A stretch of 32,000 nucleotides of DNA, taken from NCBI GenBank assembly GCA_041494705.1, contig JBGQBI010000005.1, positions 150,001 to 182,000 on the forward strand. The letters run 5' to 3'. Of the stretch, positions 23,251 to 32,000 are shown in pieces. The DNA comes from Candidatus Methanoperedens sp. (GTDB taxonomy: Archaea; Halobacteriota; Methanosarcinia; Methanosarcinales; Methanoperedenaceae). Position 1 is the stretch's first letter; the number at the start of each line of letters is the position of its first letter. The position numbers were made by a program, and so were the translations under genes. The notes below the pieces were generated by a model. That model searched no databases and had not been told where the DNA came from. It worked only from the letters and a program-made list of their open reading frames with translations.

Positions 23251-23291
23251 TTCATTAATAATGAATGTTACCTATTGAATAATTCAACAGG
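23251..23291. promoter_or_regulatory. two adjacent palindromes in the divergent regulator/uvrA intergenic region
   Basis: TTCATTA-A-TAATGAA (23251-23265, perfect). CCTATTGAATAATTCAACAGG (23271-23291), whose core TTGAAT-A-ATTCAA (23275-23287) is perfect. Confidence 0.4.
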
Positions 23292-23428
23292 TTAAGCAAA
23301 TATTAATAAGACAGTTTGAAAAGATATATAAATTCCCGATTCTTATAGAAGAGAAACTTTCTCAATCCTGTTATTCATCAATAATATTTTAGCCATCCTC
23401 CGCCAATATAACAACATCTATCCTTTTC

Positions 23429-26245
23429 ATGGCAACAGATAAAATCATAATCAAAGGCGCTCGCGTCCACAACCTGAAGAATATCGACCTTGAGCTTCCA
23501 AGGGACAAGCTGATAGTGATAACAGGACTATCAGGTTCAGGAAAATCCTCCCTAGCATTCGACACGCTTTATGCAGAGGGACAGCGGCGGTATGTTGAGT
23601 CATTATCAGCTTATGCGCGCCAGTTCCTGGGGCAGATGGATAAACCCGATGTAGAGTACATAGAAGGCCTCTCGCCTGCCATCTCAATCGAACAGAAATC
23701 CACGAGCAAGAATCCCCGCTCAACGGTCGGTACCGTCACCGAGATTTACGACTACCTGCGCCTGCTGTATGCAAGGATAGGCAGGCAGCATTGCCCAAAC
23801 TGCGGCAGCGAAATAACCCCGCAGACCGTGGAGCAGATAGTAGAAAGGTTGACGGAGCTTCCCGAAAGCACGAAAATACATGTGCTTGCCCCGCTTGCCA
23901 GGCAGAGGAAAGGGGAATACAAACAGATGTTTGAGGAACTCTCAGGCAAAGGTTTCAGCAGGGTCCGTATTGATGGCAAAATGCATGAGCTAGCCGAAGA
24001 TATAACACTCAACAAGCAGCAGAAACACGATATTGATGTCATTGTGGACAGGCTGGTAATAAAACAGGGAATAGAAGAGCGGCTTGCGGATTCGGTTGCT
24101 ACTGCCCTGAAAGAAGGAAACGGGATTGTGGTTGTGGACGTGCTTGACGGTAAGGAGCTTCTTTTCAGCGAACATGCCGCCTGTACGAAGTGCGGGATAA
24201 GCTTTGAACCGCTTGAGCCCAACATGTTCTCTTTCAACAGCCCGAGAGGCGCATGCCCGGCCTGCCAGGGGCTCGGCAGCACGATGGAATTTGACCCGGA
24301 CCAGATAATCCCCGATAAGAGTAAATCAATAAGCCAGGGAGCTATCGAACCGTGGGGATATGAGCACGGGTATTACCACCAGATGCTCGCTTCCGTGGCC
24401 AAGCATTACGGTTTCTCACTCGATACCCCGTTCTCTGAACTCAAACCTGAAGATGTGCATATAATACTGCACGGGGGAACTGAAGAAATCCATTTCAGGT
24501 ATGTTCCCCGCGAACGCGAGGGGCTGTGGGAACACACGAGCACTTTTCAAGGAGTTATACCGAACCTGGCAAGAAAGTACAGGGAATCCCAGTCCGAAGA
24601 AGCGCGCGAGAAAATCCAGCAATATATGAGCATCAAGCCGTGCACCGTCTGCAATGGCGAGCGGCTCAAACCTTCAAGCCTTGCTGTCACTGTCGGGGAT
24701 AAATCCATTATCGCTGCAACCCGCTTTTCTGTTAAAAATGCACTTATCTTCCTGGAAAGCCTCGTCTTTTCCGAAAAAGAAGCAATCATTTCAAAGCCTA
24801 TTATGAAAGAACTCAGGGCAAGGCTAGGGTTCCTGATGGATGTCGGGCTTGATTACCTCACAATTGACAGGGCTGCTGGCACGCTTTCGGGGGGAGAAGG
24901 CCAGAGAATCCGCCTTGCCACGCAGATTGGCTCAAGCCTTGTGGGCGTGCTGTACATCCTCGATGAACCCAGCATCGGTCTTCACCAGCGGGATAACGGC
25001 AGGCTGATACACATGCTGACACAGCTCCGTGACCTTGGAAACACGGTGATAGTCGTGGAACATGATGAAGAAATGATACGCAGCGCTGATTTTATCGTTG
25101 ATATGGGACCCGGTGCGGGTGTTCACGGCGGCGAAGTGGTTGTAACCGGGACACTCGATGATGTTATTAATTGCGAAAATTGCCTTACAGGCGAGTATCT
25201 CAGCCATAAGAAAATGATAGCTATCCCGCACCGGCGAAGAAAACCAAAAGGTAAAATTACTATTGTCGGGGCAAGCGAGAATAACCTGAAACAGATAGAC
25301 GTCAATATACCGCTCGGGGTGATGACCTGTATTACCGGAGTTTCTGGCTCTGGAAAGAGCACTCTTGTCAATGATATTCTTTACAGGGCTCTTGCCAGGA
25401 GGTTCTATCATGCAAGAGAAAAGCCAGGCAAACACAGGGGGATAATCGGGCTTGAGAACATCGATAAAATAATTATAATAGACCAGTCGCCGATAGGAAG
25501 GACGCCGCGCTCAAATCCTGCGACTTACACCGGGCTTTTTACACCCATAAGGGACATATTCGCTCAACTCCAGTCCTCAAAAGCGCGGGGCTACCAGCCG
25601 GGACGCTTCAGTTTCAATGTCAAGGGCGGGCGGTGTGAAGCTTGTAAGGGAGATGGAATCATCACGATAGAGATGCACTTCTTGCCTGATGTTTACGTGC
25701 CGTGTGAGGTCTGCCACGGTAAGCGCTTCAACAGCGAGACGCTTGAAATAACCTATAAAGGCAAGAATATCGCACAGGTGCTTGACATGACAGTCGAGGA
25801 AGCGCTTACCTTTTTTGAAAATATCCCGAAAATAAAACGACAGCTTCAGACGCTTTTTGATGTTGGGCTCGGGTATATCAGGCTCGGCCAGCCTGCCACT
25901 ACCCTTTCAGGCGGTGAGGCGCAGCGCATCAAGCTTTCCTCGGAACTCAGTAAAAGGAGTACGGGCAGGACGCTTTATATCCTTGATGAACCCACGACAG
26001 GGCTTCATTTTGCAGACATTCAGAAATTGCTCGATATGCTCTCCCTGCTCGTGGATGCGGGGAACAGCGTGGTGGTTATAGAACATAATCTTGATGTGAT
26101 AAAAGTGGCTGACCACATAATAGACCTGGGCCCCGAAGGGGGAGATAACGGCGGGCGAATCGTTGCCGAGGGGACGCCTGAAAAGGTCGCAAAGACATCG
26201 GGGTCTTACACGGGTCACTACCTCAAAAAGGTTCTAAACGTTTAA
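23429..26245 (+). CDS. uvrA: excinuclease ABC subunit A
   Basis: 938 aa. Two ABC ATPase modules (GLSGSGKSS; GVSGSGKST; LSGGEGQR / LSGGEAQR) and zinc-finger cysteine pairs (CPNCG, CTKCG...[12 protein letters not shown]...CEVCHG). Confidence 0.97.
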   Translation: MATDKIIIKGARVHNLKNIDLELPRDKLIVITGLSGSGKSSLAFDTLYAEGQRRYVESLSAYARQFLGQMDKPDVEYIEGLSPAISIEQKSTSKNPRSTVGTVTEIYDYLRLLYARIGRQHCPNCGSEITPQTVEQIVERLTELPESTKIHVLAPLARQRKGEYKQMFEELSGKGFSRVRIDGKMHELAEDITLNKQQKHDIDVIVDRLVIKQGIEERLADSVATALKEGNGIVVVDVLDGKELLFSEHAACTKCGISFEPLEPNMFSFNSPRGACPACQGLGSTMEFDPDQIIPDKSKSISQGAIEPWGYEHGYYHQMLASVAKHYGFSLDTPFSELKPEDVHIILHGGTEEIHFRYVPREREGLWEHTSTFQGVIPNLARKYRESQSEEAREKIQQYMSIKPCTVCNGERLKPSSLAVTVGDKSIIAATRFSVKNALIFLESLVFSEKEAIISKPIMKELRARLGFLMDVGLDYLTIDRAAGTLSGGEGQRIRLATQIGSSLVGVLYILDEPSIGLHQRDNGRLIHMLTQLRDLGNTVIVVEHDEEMIRSADFIVDMGPGAGVHGGEVVVTGTLDDVINCENCLTGEYLSHKKMIAIPHRRRKPKGKITIVGASENNLKQIDVNIPLGVMTCITGVSGSGKSTLVNDILYRALARRFYHAREKPGKHRGIIGLENIDKIIIIDQSPIGRTPRSNPATYTGLFTPIRDIFAQLQSSKARGYQPGRFSFNVKGGRCEACKGDGIITIEMHFLPDVYVPCEVCHGKRFNSETLEITYKGKNIAQVLDMTVEEALTFFENIPKIKRQLQTLFDVGLGYIRLGQPATTLSGGEAQRIKLSSELSKRSTGRTLYILDEPTTGLHFADIQKLLDMLSLLVDAGNSVVVIEHNLDVIKVADHIIDLGPEGGDNGGRIVAEGTPEKVAKTSGSYTGHYLKKVLNV

Positions 26246-26254
26246 CCGATGCTG

Positions 26255-27304
26255 CTAAATCGTTTTGATTTCAAATCCTTCAAACATCTTCCTCATTAAA
26301 GTGTCCTGGCACGTACCAAAACCCGGTGTGGCAATCTTAAGCCCGTCCATGTCATCTATTGACGTGATATCCGAATCCGCTCTCACAACAAGCGATGTTC
26401 CGCCGGTATTAACTCCATTGACAATGCGTATCCTGCCGTTATCGTTTATCCTGAACCTTAAAAGAACTGTGCTGCCGAGAGTCGCCGCATCAACCTCGCG
26501 ATGCTTGAACGCATCTGTTATTGCCCTGCCGCTGCGGTAAGCTGTGAATTGGACATTTTTCCCAGGAATAAGACCCGCCTTTTCGAAATAACCTTCCTTC
26601 TGGGCTATGTACATCGACAGATAATGTATATTTCCTTCAATATATCCGAATTTGATACTTTCATTAACATTGACAACCGGCGGCGTCCAATTCGGATTTT
26701 CGTCCAATCTTTTTTTGACCTCGTTGTAATATTTATCAATAAAGAGGCTTGAAAGAAAGTCGTCAGTGCCATTATACCCAAGCGCTGTTATCGTATTTGT
26801 AAAAGTCCCGGCTTTAGCCTGTATATCAATGGCTTTTTTTACCTGGCTTACATCCGGGTATTCGATGTAAACCGTGTTATCAATAGCCGAAGAGACCTCA
26901 TTTTTATCAAGCCCTGAAAATTCCTGCCCGTATTTTAAGACCTTTTCACGGTTTGAGGGATTGTTGATAAACCTTGCGCCCTTCACCTCAGCCCATACGA
27001 GAGCTCTTATCATGTCTTCATCCTTCAGGTCTTCGGAGATTGCCAGGACGCACGACGGATGGTTCTCCCAGATGTCACTGGAATTAACAAGATACCTGCC
27101 GTAACCCTCATCTACCGCTTTTGCAGGATATGGTTCCCAGGAAATAAAACCTGCAATCGTCCCGTTTGCAAGATTTGCCGACATCTCATCGGCCGTCATG
27201 GAAACCACGGTTATTGACTTTTGGGTATGGGATTTTTCGTAAACCACAAAGCCTGCCGAGAATACTATCAATCCGATTATGATAATGTAAATATAACTTT
27301 TCAT
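26255..27304 (-). CDS. membrane-anchored NMT1/SsuA-like substrate-binding protein, apparently circularly permuted
   Basis: I chose the start at 27304 (MKSYIYIIIIGLIVF, a signal anchor), which forms an ATGA overlap with the kinase stop. The first half has motifs of the C-terminal lobe (MTADEMSANLANGTIAGFISWEPYPAKA). The second half has motifs of the N-terminal lobe (IKFGYIEG...YRSGRAITDAFKHREVDAA...MDGLKIATPGFG). Confidence 0.6.
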   Translation of the reverse strand: MKSYIYIIIIGLIVFSAGFVVYEKSHTQKSITVVSMTADEMSANLANGTIAGFISWEPYPAKAVDEGYGRYLVNSSDIWENHPSCVLAISEDLKDEDMIRALVWAEVKGARFINNPSNREKVLKYGQEFSGLDKNEVSSAIDNTVYIEYPDVSQVKKAIDIQAKAGTFTNTITALGYNGTDDFLSSLFIDKYYNEVKKRLDENPNWTPPVVNVNESIKFGYIEGNIHYLSMYIAQKEGYFEKAGLIPGKNVQFTAYRSGRAITDAFKHREVDAATLGSTVLLRFRINDNGRIRIVNGVNTGGTSLVVRADSDITSIDDMDGLKIATPGFGTCQDTLMRKMFEGFEIKTI

Positions 27305-29130
27305 TTTTCCGCCTTCTTTAACCTGAAACTGAAAGTGCTGCCGCATCCAATCTCGCTCTCCACATGTATTTCGCTTCCATGTGCCCGGATAATCCCGCCG
27401 GCTATTGAAAGACCAAGTCCCAGGCCTCCGAATTTTCTTCTTGAAGTGCTGTCGGCCTGGTAGAATTTGTCAAATATCTTTTCAAATTTCTCTTTTTCTA
27501 TCCCTATGCCTGTATCTTTCATTCTGACCTCAATATTATCCGTATCGTCTTTTGCAGACAAAACGATGCTTCCGCCATCAGGGGTGAACTTCAGGGCGTT
27601 TTCAAGGAGATTATTCATAACAATAATAAGCTTTTCCCTATCCGCAAGAACCGGCGATATATTATCGGGGATGTCCGCTGTTATTGATATGTTCTTTTTC
27701 ATGGAAAGAAGTTTGTTATTTTCAATCGCGGTATTCACTACATCGCCGATATCCACACGCTCTAGTTGGAGTTCCATCTTTCCTGTGTCAATCTTTGAGA
27801 GGTCAAGGATATCGTTAATCAACCGTGTCAGCCTGTCTATATTCCTTATTATTATTTCGAGCATCTCTTTTCGGACTTCAGGTTCGTTTTTGGCTTCGGA
27901 TTCGAGAAACTCGGCTGAAATCCTGATAGACGAAAGAGGCGTTTTCAGCTCATGAGAAACAAGAGAAATGATATCAGATTTCAATTCATCCAGTTTTTTT
28001 AATTCTTCATTCGCTGCAATAAGTTCTTTGTTTTTTTGCTCCATGTCTTTGTTTGCAACATCGATTTTAGCTTCAAGTTTTTTCCTGATTTCCAACAATT
28101 CGAGGGCTGTATCATCGAATATTTTTGTAAGTTTTCCAATCTCATTGCTTGAAGAAACCGGTATGGGTTTAAAATTCCCGGAAAGCAAGCCGGTTGCCCC
28201 TTCTTCAAGGGATTTTATGGGCCCGGTGATTCTTCTTGAAATAATGATTGCCGCGAGAATAACGGCGATAACTGCAAAAGTCGAGATGCATACCATCCGG
28301 CTTTCAAGGTTCAAGACTCCGGAATATGCCTCATCAGTATTTTTTTCAACTACCAGCCCCCATCTGTATAATGGCAGCCAGTAATAAGAACCGAGTACTT
28401 TTTCACCTTTATAATTCACATATTCGTTTATGCCATTCTTTTCGTAAGTTACTTCTTTTACAGCGAAATTATTGTTTATATTTTTGTGCAAAATCCGAGA
28501 GCGGTTATTATGAAATATGATGTCCCCGTCTTTATTGACAATAAATATTTCGCCTGATTTCCCGATATCAATATTTTCAAGTATCCTGTACAGGTTTTCC
28601 ATGCTCACTCTTGCCGCCAAAACTCCTGCGATAGTCCCATTTTTCATGACAGGGTTGGTCAATATTATCTCAGGGTATCCGCTAATTTCGGAAAGAGTAA
28701 CATCCGAAATATACAGTTTCCCTTTTGAAGCCTCTGTGAAATAAGGTACATTAGCGGCATTTCCTGTGCGATTAAGAGTCGAGAATATAATATTTCCATC
28801 AAGGTCAAGCAAAAAGAATTCCTCATAAACCCCCTCATATTCACGTTCATAAGTAGCAAAGTAATCCTTTAATTCGTCTTTTTCCGTATTAATTTCCATT
28901 GACCTGGATATCACGCGGATGTCATCTTTTCTCACATCCATCCAGTTATCTATCGCATTACCGCTATTTTCAGTTGCCCCGAGCAGGTTTGTCATCACCG
29001 TATCGCGTATGGCTTCCTTACTGTAATCGTATGACATGTAAACGACTGCAAACAGGGGTACCACGGATATAATAAGGAAAAAAATGATAAGTTCAGTCCG
29101 TATCCTCACAAATCCCCACTTTCGAATCAC
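27301..29130 (-). CDS. sensor histidine kinase (TM, double-Cache-like extracellular domain, TM, HAMP, HisKA, HATPase_c)
   Basis: 609 aa. H-box SLVSHELKTPLSSI, N-box NLLENALKFT, G1 MKDTGIGI, G2 GGLGLGLS. GTG start with a GTGA overlap on the response-regulator stop. Confidence 0.9.
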   Translation of the reverse strand: MIRKWGFVRIRTELIIFFLIISVVPLFAVVYMSYDYSKEAIRDTVMTNLLGATENSGNAIDNWMDVRKDDIRVISRSMEINTEKDELKDYFATYEREYEGVYEEFFLLDLDGNIIFSTLNRTGNAANVPYFTEASKGKLYISDVTLSEISGYPEIILTNPVMKNGTIAGVLAARVSMENLYRILENIDIGKSGEIFIVNKDGDIIFHNNRSRILHKNINNNFAVKEVTYEKNGINEYVNYKGEKVLGSYYWLPLYRWGLVVEKNTDEAYSGVLNLESRMVCISTFAVIAVILAAIIISRRITGPIKSLEEGATGLLSGNFKPIPVSSSNEIGKLTKIFDDTALELLEIRKKLEAKIDVANKDMEQKNKELIAANEELKKLDELKSDIISLVSHELKTPLSSIRISAEFLESEAKNEPEVRKEMLEIIIRNIDRLTRLINDILDLSKIDTGKMELQLERVDIGDVVNTAIENNKLLSMKKNISITADIPDNISPVLADREKLIIVMNNLLENALKFTPDGGSIVLSAKDDTDNIEVRMKDTGIGIEKEKFEKIFDKFYQADSTSRRKFGGLGLGLSIAGGIIRAHGSEIHVESEIGCGSTFSFRLKKAEK

Positions 29131-29657
29131 ATATTTCTTGAACGCCGCAGCACACTTTTTATCCTGGCTTTCAGTTCATGGAGATTGAAAGGTTTGGCTA
29201 CATAATCATCGGCGCCCGTTTCAAGACCTTTCACCCTGTCTTTGACATCATCCCTTGCTGTGAGCATGATTATCGGGATATTCTTTGTGAGAGCATTATT
29301 TTTTAACCGGGAGCATATCTCATAACCATCCATTCCCGGAAGCATGAGGTCAAGGAGTATTATATCAGGAATTTCGTTCTTCACTATGTTCAGTGCCTCC
29401 TGTCCATTTAAGGCTTCAACTACAATATAATCCTCGACTTCAAGAGACCTTTTTAAAGGAAGAAGCGTATCCATTTCGTCATCGATTATCAGCACTTTTG
29501 GCCTTGTTTCTGATAAATTCCCGATTCTCGTTTTAACATCTTCCTCGGATATCCCGAGTTTTTTTGAAATCTCCAGATTCGATGTCGTTCCATCATGCTT
29601 TAATAATTCAATGATTTTATCATCAATGGGATCTTTATTCATGTTTTTTACCACCAT
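29127..29657 (-). CDS. response regulator with N-terminal AsnC-type HTH and C-terminal receiver domain
   Basis: HTH: DDKIIELLKHDGTTSNLEISKKLGISEEDVKTRI. REC: VLIIDDE, ILLDLMLPGMDG, IIMLTA, YVAKPF. An alternative ATG is at 29642. Confidence 0.85.
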   Translation of the reverse strand: MVVKNMNKDPIDDKIIELLKHDGTTSNLEISKKLGISEEDVKTRIGNLSETRPKVLIIDDEMDTLLPLKRSLEVEDYIVVEALNGQEALNIVKNEIPDIILLDLMLPGMDGYEICSRLKNNALTKNIPIIMLTARDDVKDRVKGLETGADDYVAKPFNLHELKARIKSVLRRSRNM

Positions 29658-29940
29658 TCATCATATTTTTTAAATCATTATTGAACTTAAGCAGGTATTT
29701 TGTGAGTTCATTATCATTGTTTAATCTAAAAACCCTTATCTGTTTGCCAAGAGGCGTCTCTTTTATGATTTTCAAGTCCAGAAGAGGCTCGATAACCCTT
29801 GATACCGTCGAATGCGAAAGGCCTGTTTCCGCGGCAATCCCTGACAGGTAAGTATCATTGTCCTTATTATTGAGCAAATATTCAAGGACAATTAATTGAG
29901 CTGTATTACCAAAGATTTTATCAAGAAAACTATCAGGCAT
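29635..29940 (-). CDS. small winged-helix transcriptional regulator
   Basis: 101 aa with AQLIVLEYLLNNKDNDTYLSGIAAETGLSHSTVSRVIEPLLDLKIIKE. It is the first gene of the four-gene minus-strand operon and overlaps the RR start. Confidence 0.65.
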   Translation of the reverse strand: MPDSFLDKIFGNTAQLIVLEYLLNNKDNDTYLSGIAAETGLSHSTVSRVIEPLLDLKIIKETPLGKQIRVFRLNNDNELTKYLLKFNNDLKNMMNGGKKHE

Positions 29941-30043
29941 AGGCCATAATTATCATTTCAATGTTATATAAGATTATCTTTTTTTTTGAACGCCTGGATT
30001 TAAAAACTGAAGCTTGACCGCAAATATTAAATACTATCAAATT

Positions 30044-30128
30044 TATGTATAAACTTGTCTATTTATAGACAGGTTGGGCGGGTTGGGGAGTGGTGGTTTT
30101 TTCAATTCTGTCAGCCTATGTATAAACT
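30044..30128. promoter_or_regulatory. repeat/palindrome cluster in the divergent wHTH-operon/uvrC intergenic region
   Basis: TATGTATAAACT at 30044-30055 and 30117-30128 (perfect direct repeat). Palindrome TGTCTAT-tt-ATAGACA (30056-30071). G-rich tract GGttGGGcGGGttGGGGagtGGtGG (30072-30096) followed by T6. Confidence 0.4.
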
Positions 30129-30223
30129 CCTCCTCACCCAAAGCCTGAATCTTGTCCTTTGCGAGTTTTCGGTTTTCAATACGAAAAAATTATTGTACAG
30201 GCGTCTATTAATCAAATAGGGAA

Positions 30224-31984
30224 ATGACAACTATTGAAGATGCCAAAAAACTTCCGGATTCTCCCGGCGTTTACCTGATGAAAGATAAGGAGGAGCGTGT
30301 CATCTATGTGGGAAAAGCTGCATCGCTAAGGGACAGGGTGAGCCAGTATTTCAGGGAGCAGGTATCGCCTAAAACAAGAATGCTCGTGCAGAATATCGAA
30401 GGGCTTGACTATATCGTTACCGGGAATGAGGTCGAGGCGCTTGTTCTTGAGTCAAACCTCATAAAGGAACACATGCCGCGCTATAATGTGCGCCTCCGGG
30501 ATGACAAGGCATACCCTTTTATCAAGATTACAAATGAGGATTTCCCCCGGATATGCATTGCGCGAAGAAGGGAGCAGGACGGGGCGCAGTATTTTGGTCC
30601 TTATCCGAGTTCAAAGGCCGTGCGAGAACTGATAAGAATGGCATCAAGTTTCGGTATCAGGCGGTGCAAGAAGAAACTGCCCTGCCTCCCATGCCTTAAC
30701 TATTATATAAAACAATGCGCAGCCCCGTGTCTTGGCGAGGTGACAAAAGAGGAATATCTGGATATAATCAGGAATGTTACCGATTTCCTGAAAGGGAAGG
30801 GAAACCAGTTAATACGGTCTCTCAAAGATGAGATGGCAAGGCTCTCGGAAGTTCAGGAATACGAGGCTGCTGCCCGCATCAGGGACCAGGTTAATGCGCT
30901 GGAGGAACTGTCGGAGAGACAGCGTGTGAATGCGCCCGGTAAAAAAGAGCAGGATGTGATTGCTTACGCCATATCGGGCAGCATTGGCAGCATCCAGGTA
31001 TTCCACATAAGCGAAGGTAAGCTCCGAGGAAGGGAAACATTTTCACTGAACACGGCAGGCTCGGATGAGGCAGAAGTGCTGTCAAGCTTTATCAAACAAC
31101 ACTATCAGGACATCGAGCCGCCGCAAGAAATCGTAATACAGATTGAGATTGAAGACGAGGCGATATTGCGCTGGCTCAAGGAGAAGGAGACAAAGCTCAA
31201 AACTCCAAAAAACAAAGTCGAAAAAGGGTTGATGAACCTTGCGCAGGAAAATGCCAGGCTGCTCCTGAATATGAAAGTGGCCGCGGAAAGCAAAGACAAA
31301 AATCAAGCGCTCCTTGACCTCCAGAAAGCTCTTGGCCTTCCTGCTGCGCCCACTTTAATAGAAGCATTTGATATTTCAAACATCAGCGGCACCAATGCCA
31401 CAGGTTCCCTCGTTGCATTTACTAATGGCGAACCTGACAAGAAAAATTACCGCAGGTTCAGGATAAAAACAATTGAAGGCGCGGATGATTTTGCGATGAT
31501 GGGGGAGGTCGTGGGACGCGCATACTCGCGAAGGAAAGAGGAAGGAAAAAGGATGCCTGACCTTGTTTTGGTTGACGGGGGAAAAGGGCAGTTAAACGCA
31601 GCTCTTTCTGCCATTTCCCGAATTGGTTTGAAGCTCAACACAGCGGCGCTTGCTAAGGAGTTTGAGTATATTTTTCTTCCTGAAAGAGAGGCGCCGGTCA
31701 TTTTGCCGAAGGATTCGCCTGCGCTTAAATTATTGCAGAGGATAAGGGATGAAGCCCACAGGTTCGCCATCGGATACCACAGGAAATTGCGGGGAAAGAA
31801 GCTCCGGGAGTCGGCGCTGGACAGGATAACGGGGATTGGGGAGAAGAAAAAACAGGCGCTTCTGCGGCATTTTGGGTCTGTTGAGGGGTTGAAGAAGGCT
31901 GAGGTTTCGGAGATTGGGAAAGTGCCGGGGATTACGAAGAAGGATGCAGATGCTGTTTATGGGTATTTTCATAAATCTGATTAG
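30224..31984 (+). CDS. uvrC: excinuclease ABC subunit C
   Basis: 586 aa. N-terminal GIY-YIG (GVYLMKDKEERVIYVGKA...), a UVR motif (YEAAARIRDQVNALE), an Endo V-like domain, and a C-terminal (HhH)2 (ITGIGEKKKQALLRHFGSVEGLKKA). Confidence 0.97.
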   Translation: MTTIEDAKKLPDSPGVYLMKDKEERVIYVGKAASLRDRVSQYFREQVSPKTRMLVQNIEGLDYIVTGNEVEALVLESNLIKEHMPRYNVRLRDDKAYPFIKITNEDFPRICIARRREQDGAQYFGPYPSSKAVRELIRMASSFGIRRCKKKLPCLPCLNYYIKQCAAPCLGEVTKEEYLDIIRNVTDFLKGKGNQLIRSLKDEMARLSEVQEYEAAARIRDQVNALEELSERQRVNAPGKKEQDVIAYAISGSIGSIQVFHISEGKLRGRETFSLNTAGSDEAEVLSSFIKQHYQDIEPPQEIVIQIEIEDEAILRWLKEKETKLKTPKNKVEKGLMNLAQENARLLLNMKVAAESKDKNQALLDLQKALGLPAAPTLIEAFDISNISGTNATGSLVAFTNGEPDKKNYRRFRIKTIEGADDFAMMGEVVGRAYSRRKEEGKRMPDLVLVDGGKGQLNAALSAISRIGLKLNTAALAKEFEYIFLPEREAPVILPKDSPALKLLQRIRDEAHRFAIGYHRKLRGKKLRESALDRITGIGEKKKQALLRHFGSVEGLKKAEVSEIGKVPGITKKDADAVYGYFHKSD

Positions 31985-32000
31985 AACTCCAGTCTCGCGG

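Noticed and set aside
23451-25435. Minus-strand ORFs of 60-176 aa inside uvrA, and similar ones inside uvrC (30809-31972)
   Set aside because: They are antisense to genes with unambiguous UvrA and UvrC motifs, and their sequences are not protein-like.
27467-28744. Plus-strand ORFs (62-162 aa) inside the histidine kinase gene
   Set aside because: They are antisense shadows. Their serine/phenylalanine-rich translations are typical of the reverse frame of an AT-rich gene.
1-32000. Search for tRNA, rRNA, CRISPR arrays or integrase/att sites
   Set aside because: I saw no T-arm-like GTTCRAATC motifs, no rRNA-like conserved blocks, no regularly spaced repeat-spacer arrays and no tyrosine or serine recombinase ORF. 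This was an inspection by eye only, so small ncRNAs could have been missed.

Overview
Archaeal chromosomal window. Gene content suggests a mesophilic euryarchaeon of the Methanosarcinales / ANME-2d type, but that is inference, not a database result. The core genes are ordinary housekeeping. They are dtdA (partial), a PRC-barrel protein, cdc48, a YHS protein, arcS, a zinc-ribbon plus TRAM pair, fused kae1-bud32, and the conserved aIF-1A / rio1 / KH cluster. Also present are an Mqn-type radical SAM enzyme, nfo, a ferritin-like protein, a CBS-ParB fusion, an HTH-CBS regulator, and bacterial-type uvrA and uvrC split by a four-gene sensory operon. The main accessory feature is a 5,214-bp transposon (6897-12110). 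It has 17-bp perfect terminal inverted repeats and a 9-bp target-site duplication (GTAAGCTGT). It sits between the TRAM gene and the kae1-bud32 stop codon. It carries a SWIM-zinc-finger/DDE transposase and, as cargo, a tightly coupled four-gene operon. That operon is AbrB-like, then wHTH, then a fused PD-ExK nuclease/N6-adenine methylase, then an HsdS-like specificity subunit, which is a Type IIB (BcgI-like) R-M architecture. Its control module is unusual, and its ends carry asymmetric arrays of a 12-mer. Further observations: intergenic hairpins built from triplets of a heptamer (CGCAAAG / CACAGAG); other GC-rich structured blocks; and an aIF-1A gene whose conserved N-terminus has no canonical start codon. 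There is also an in-frame 39/42/45-nt tandem repeat after the KH gene, and a low-GC patch encoding a PASTA-PEGA surface protein and a HEAT-repeat protein. The substrate-binding protein in the sensor-kinase operon looks circularly permuted. I found no rRNA, tRNA or CRISPR array.
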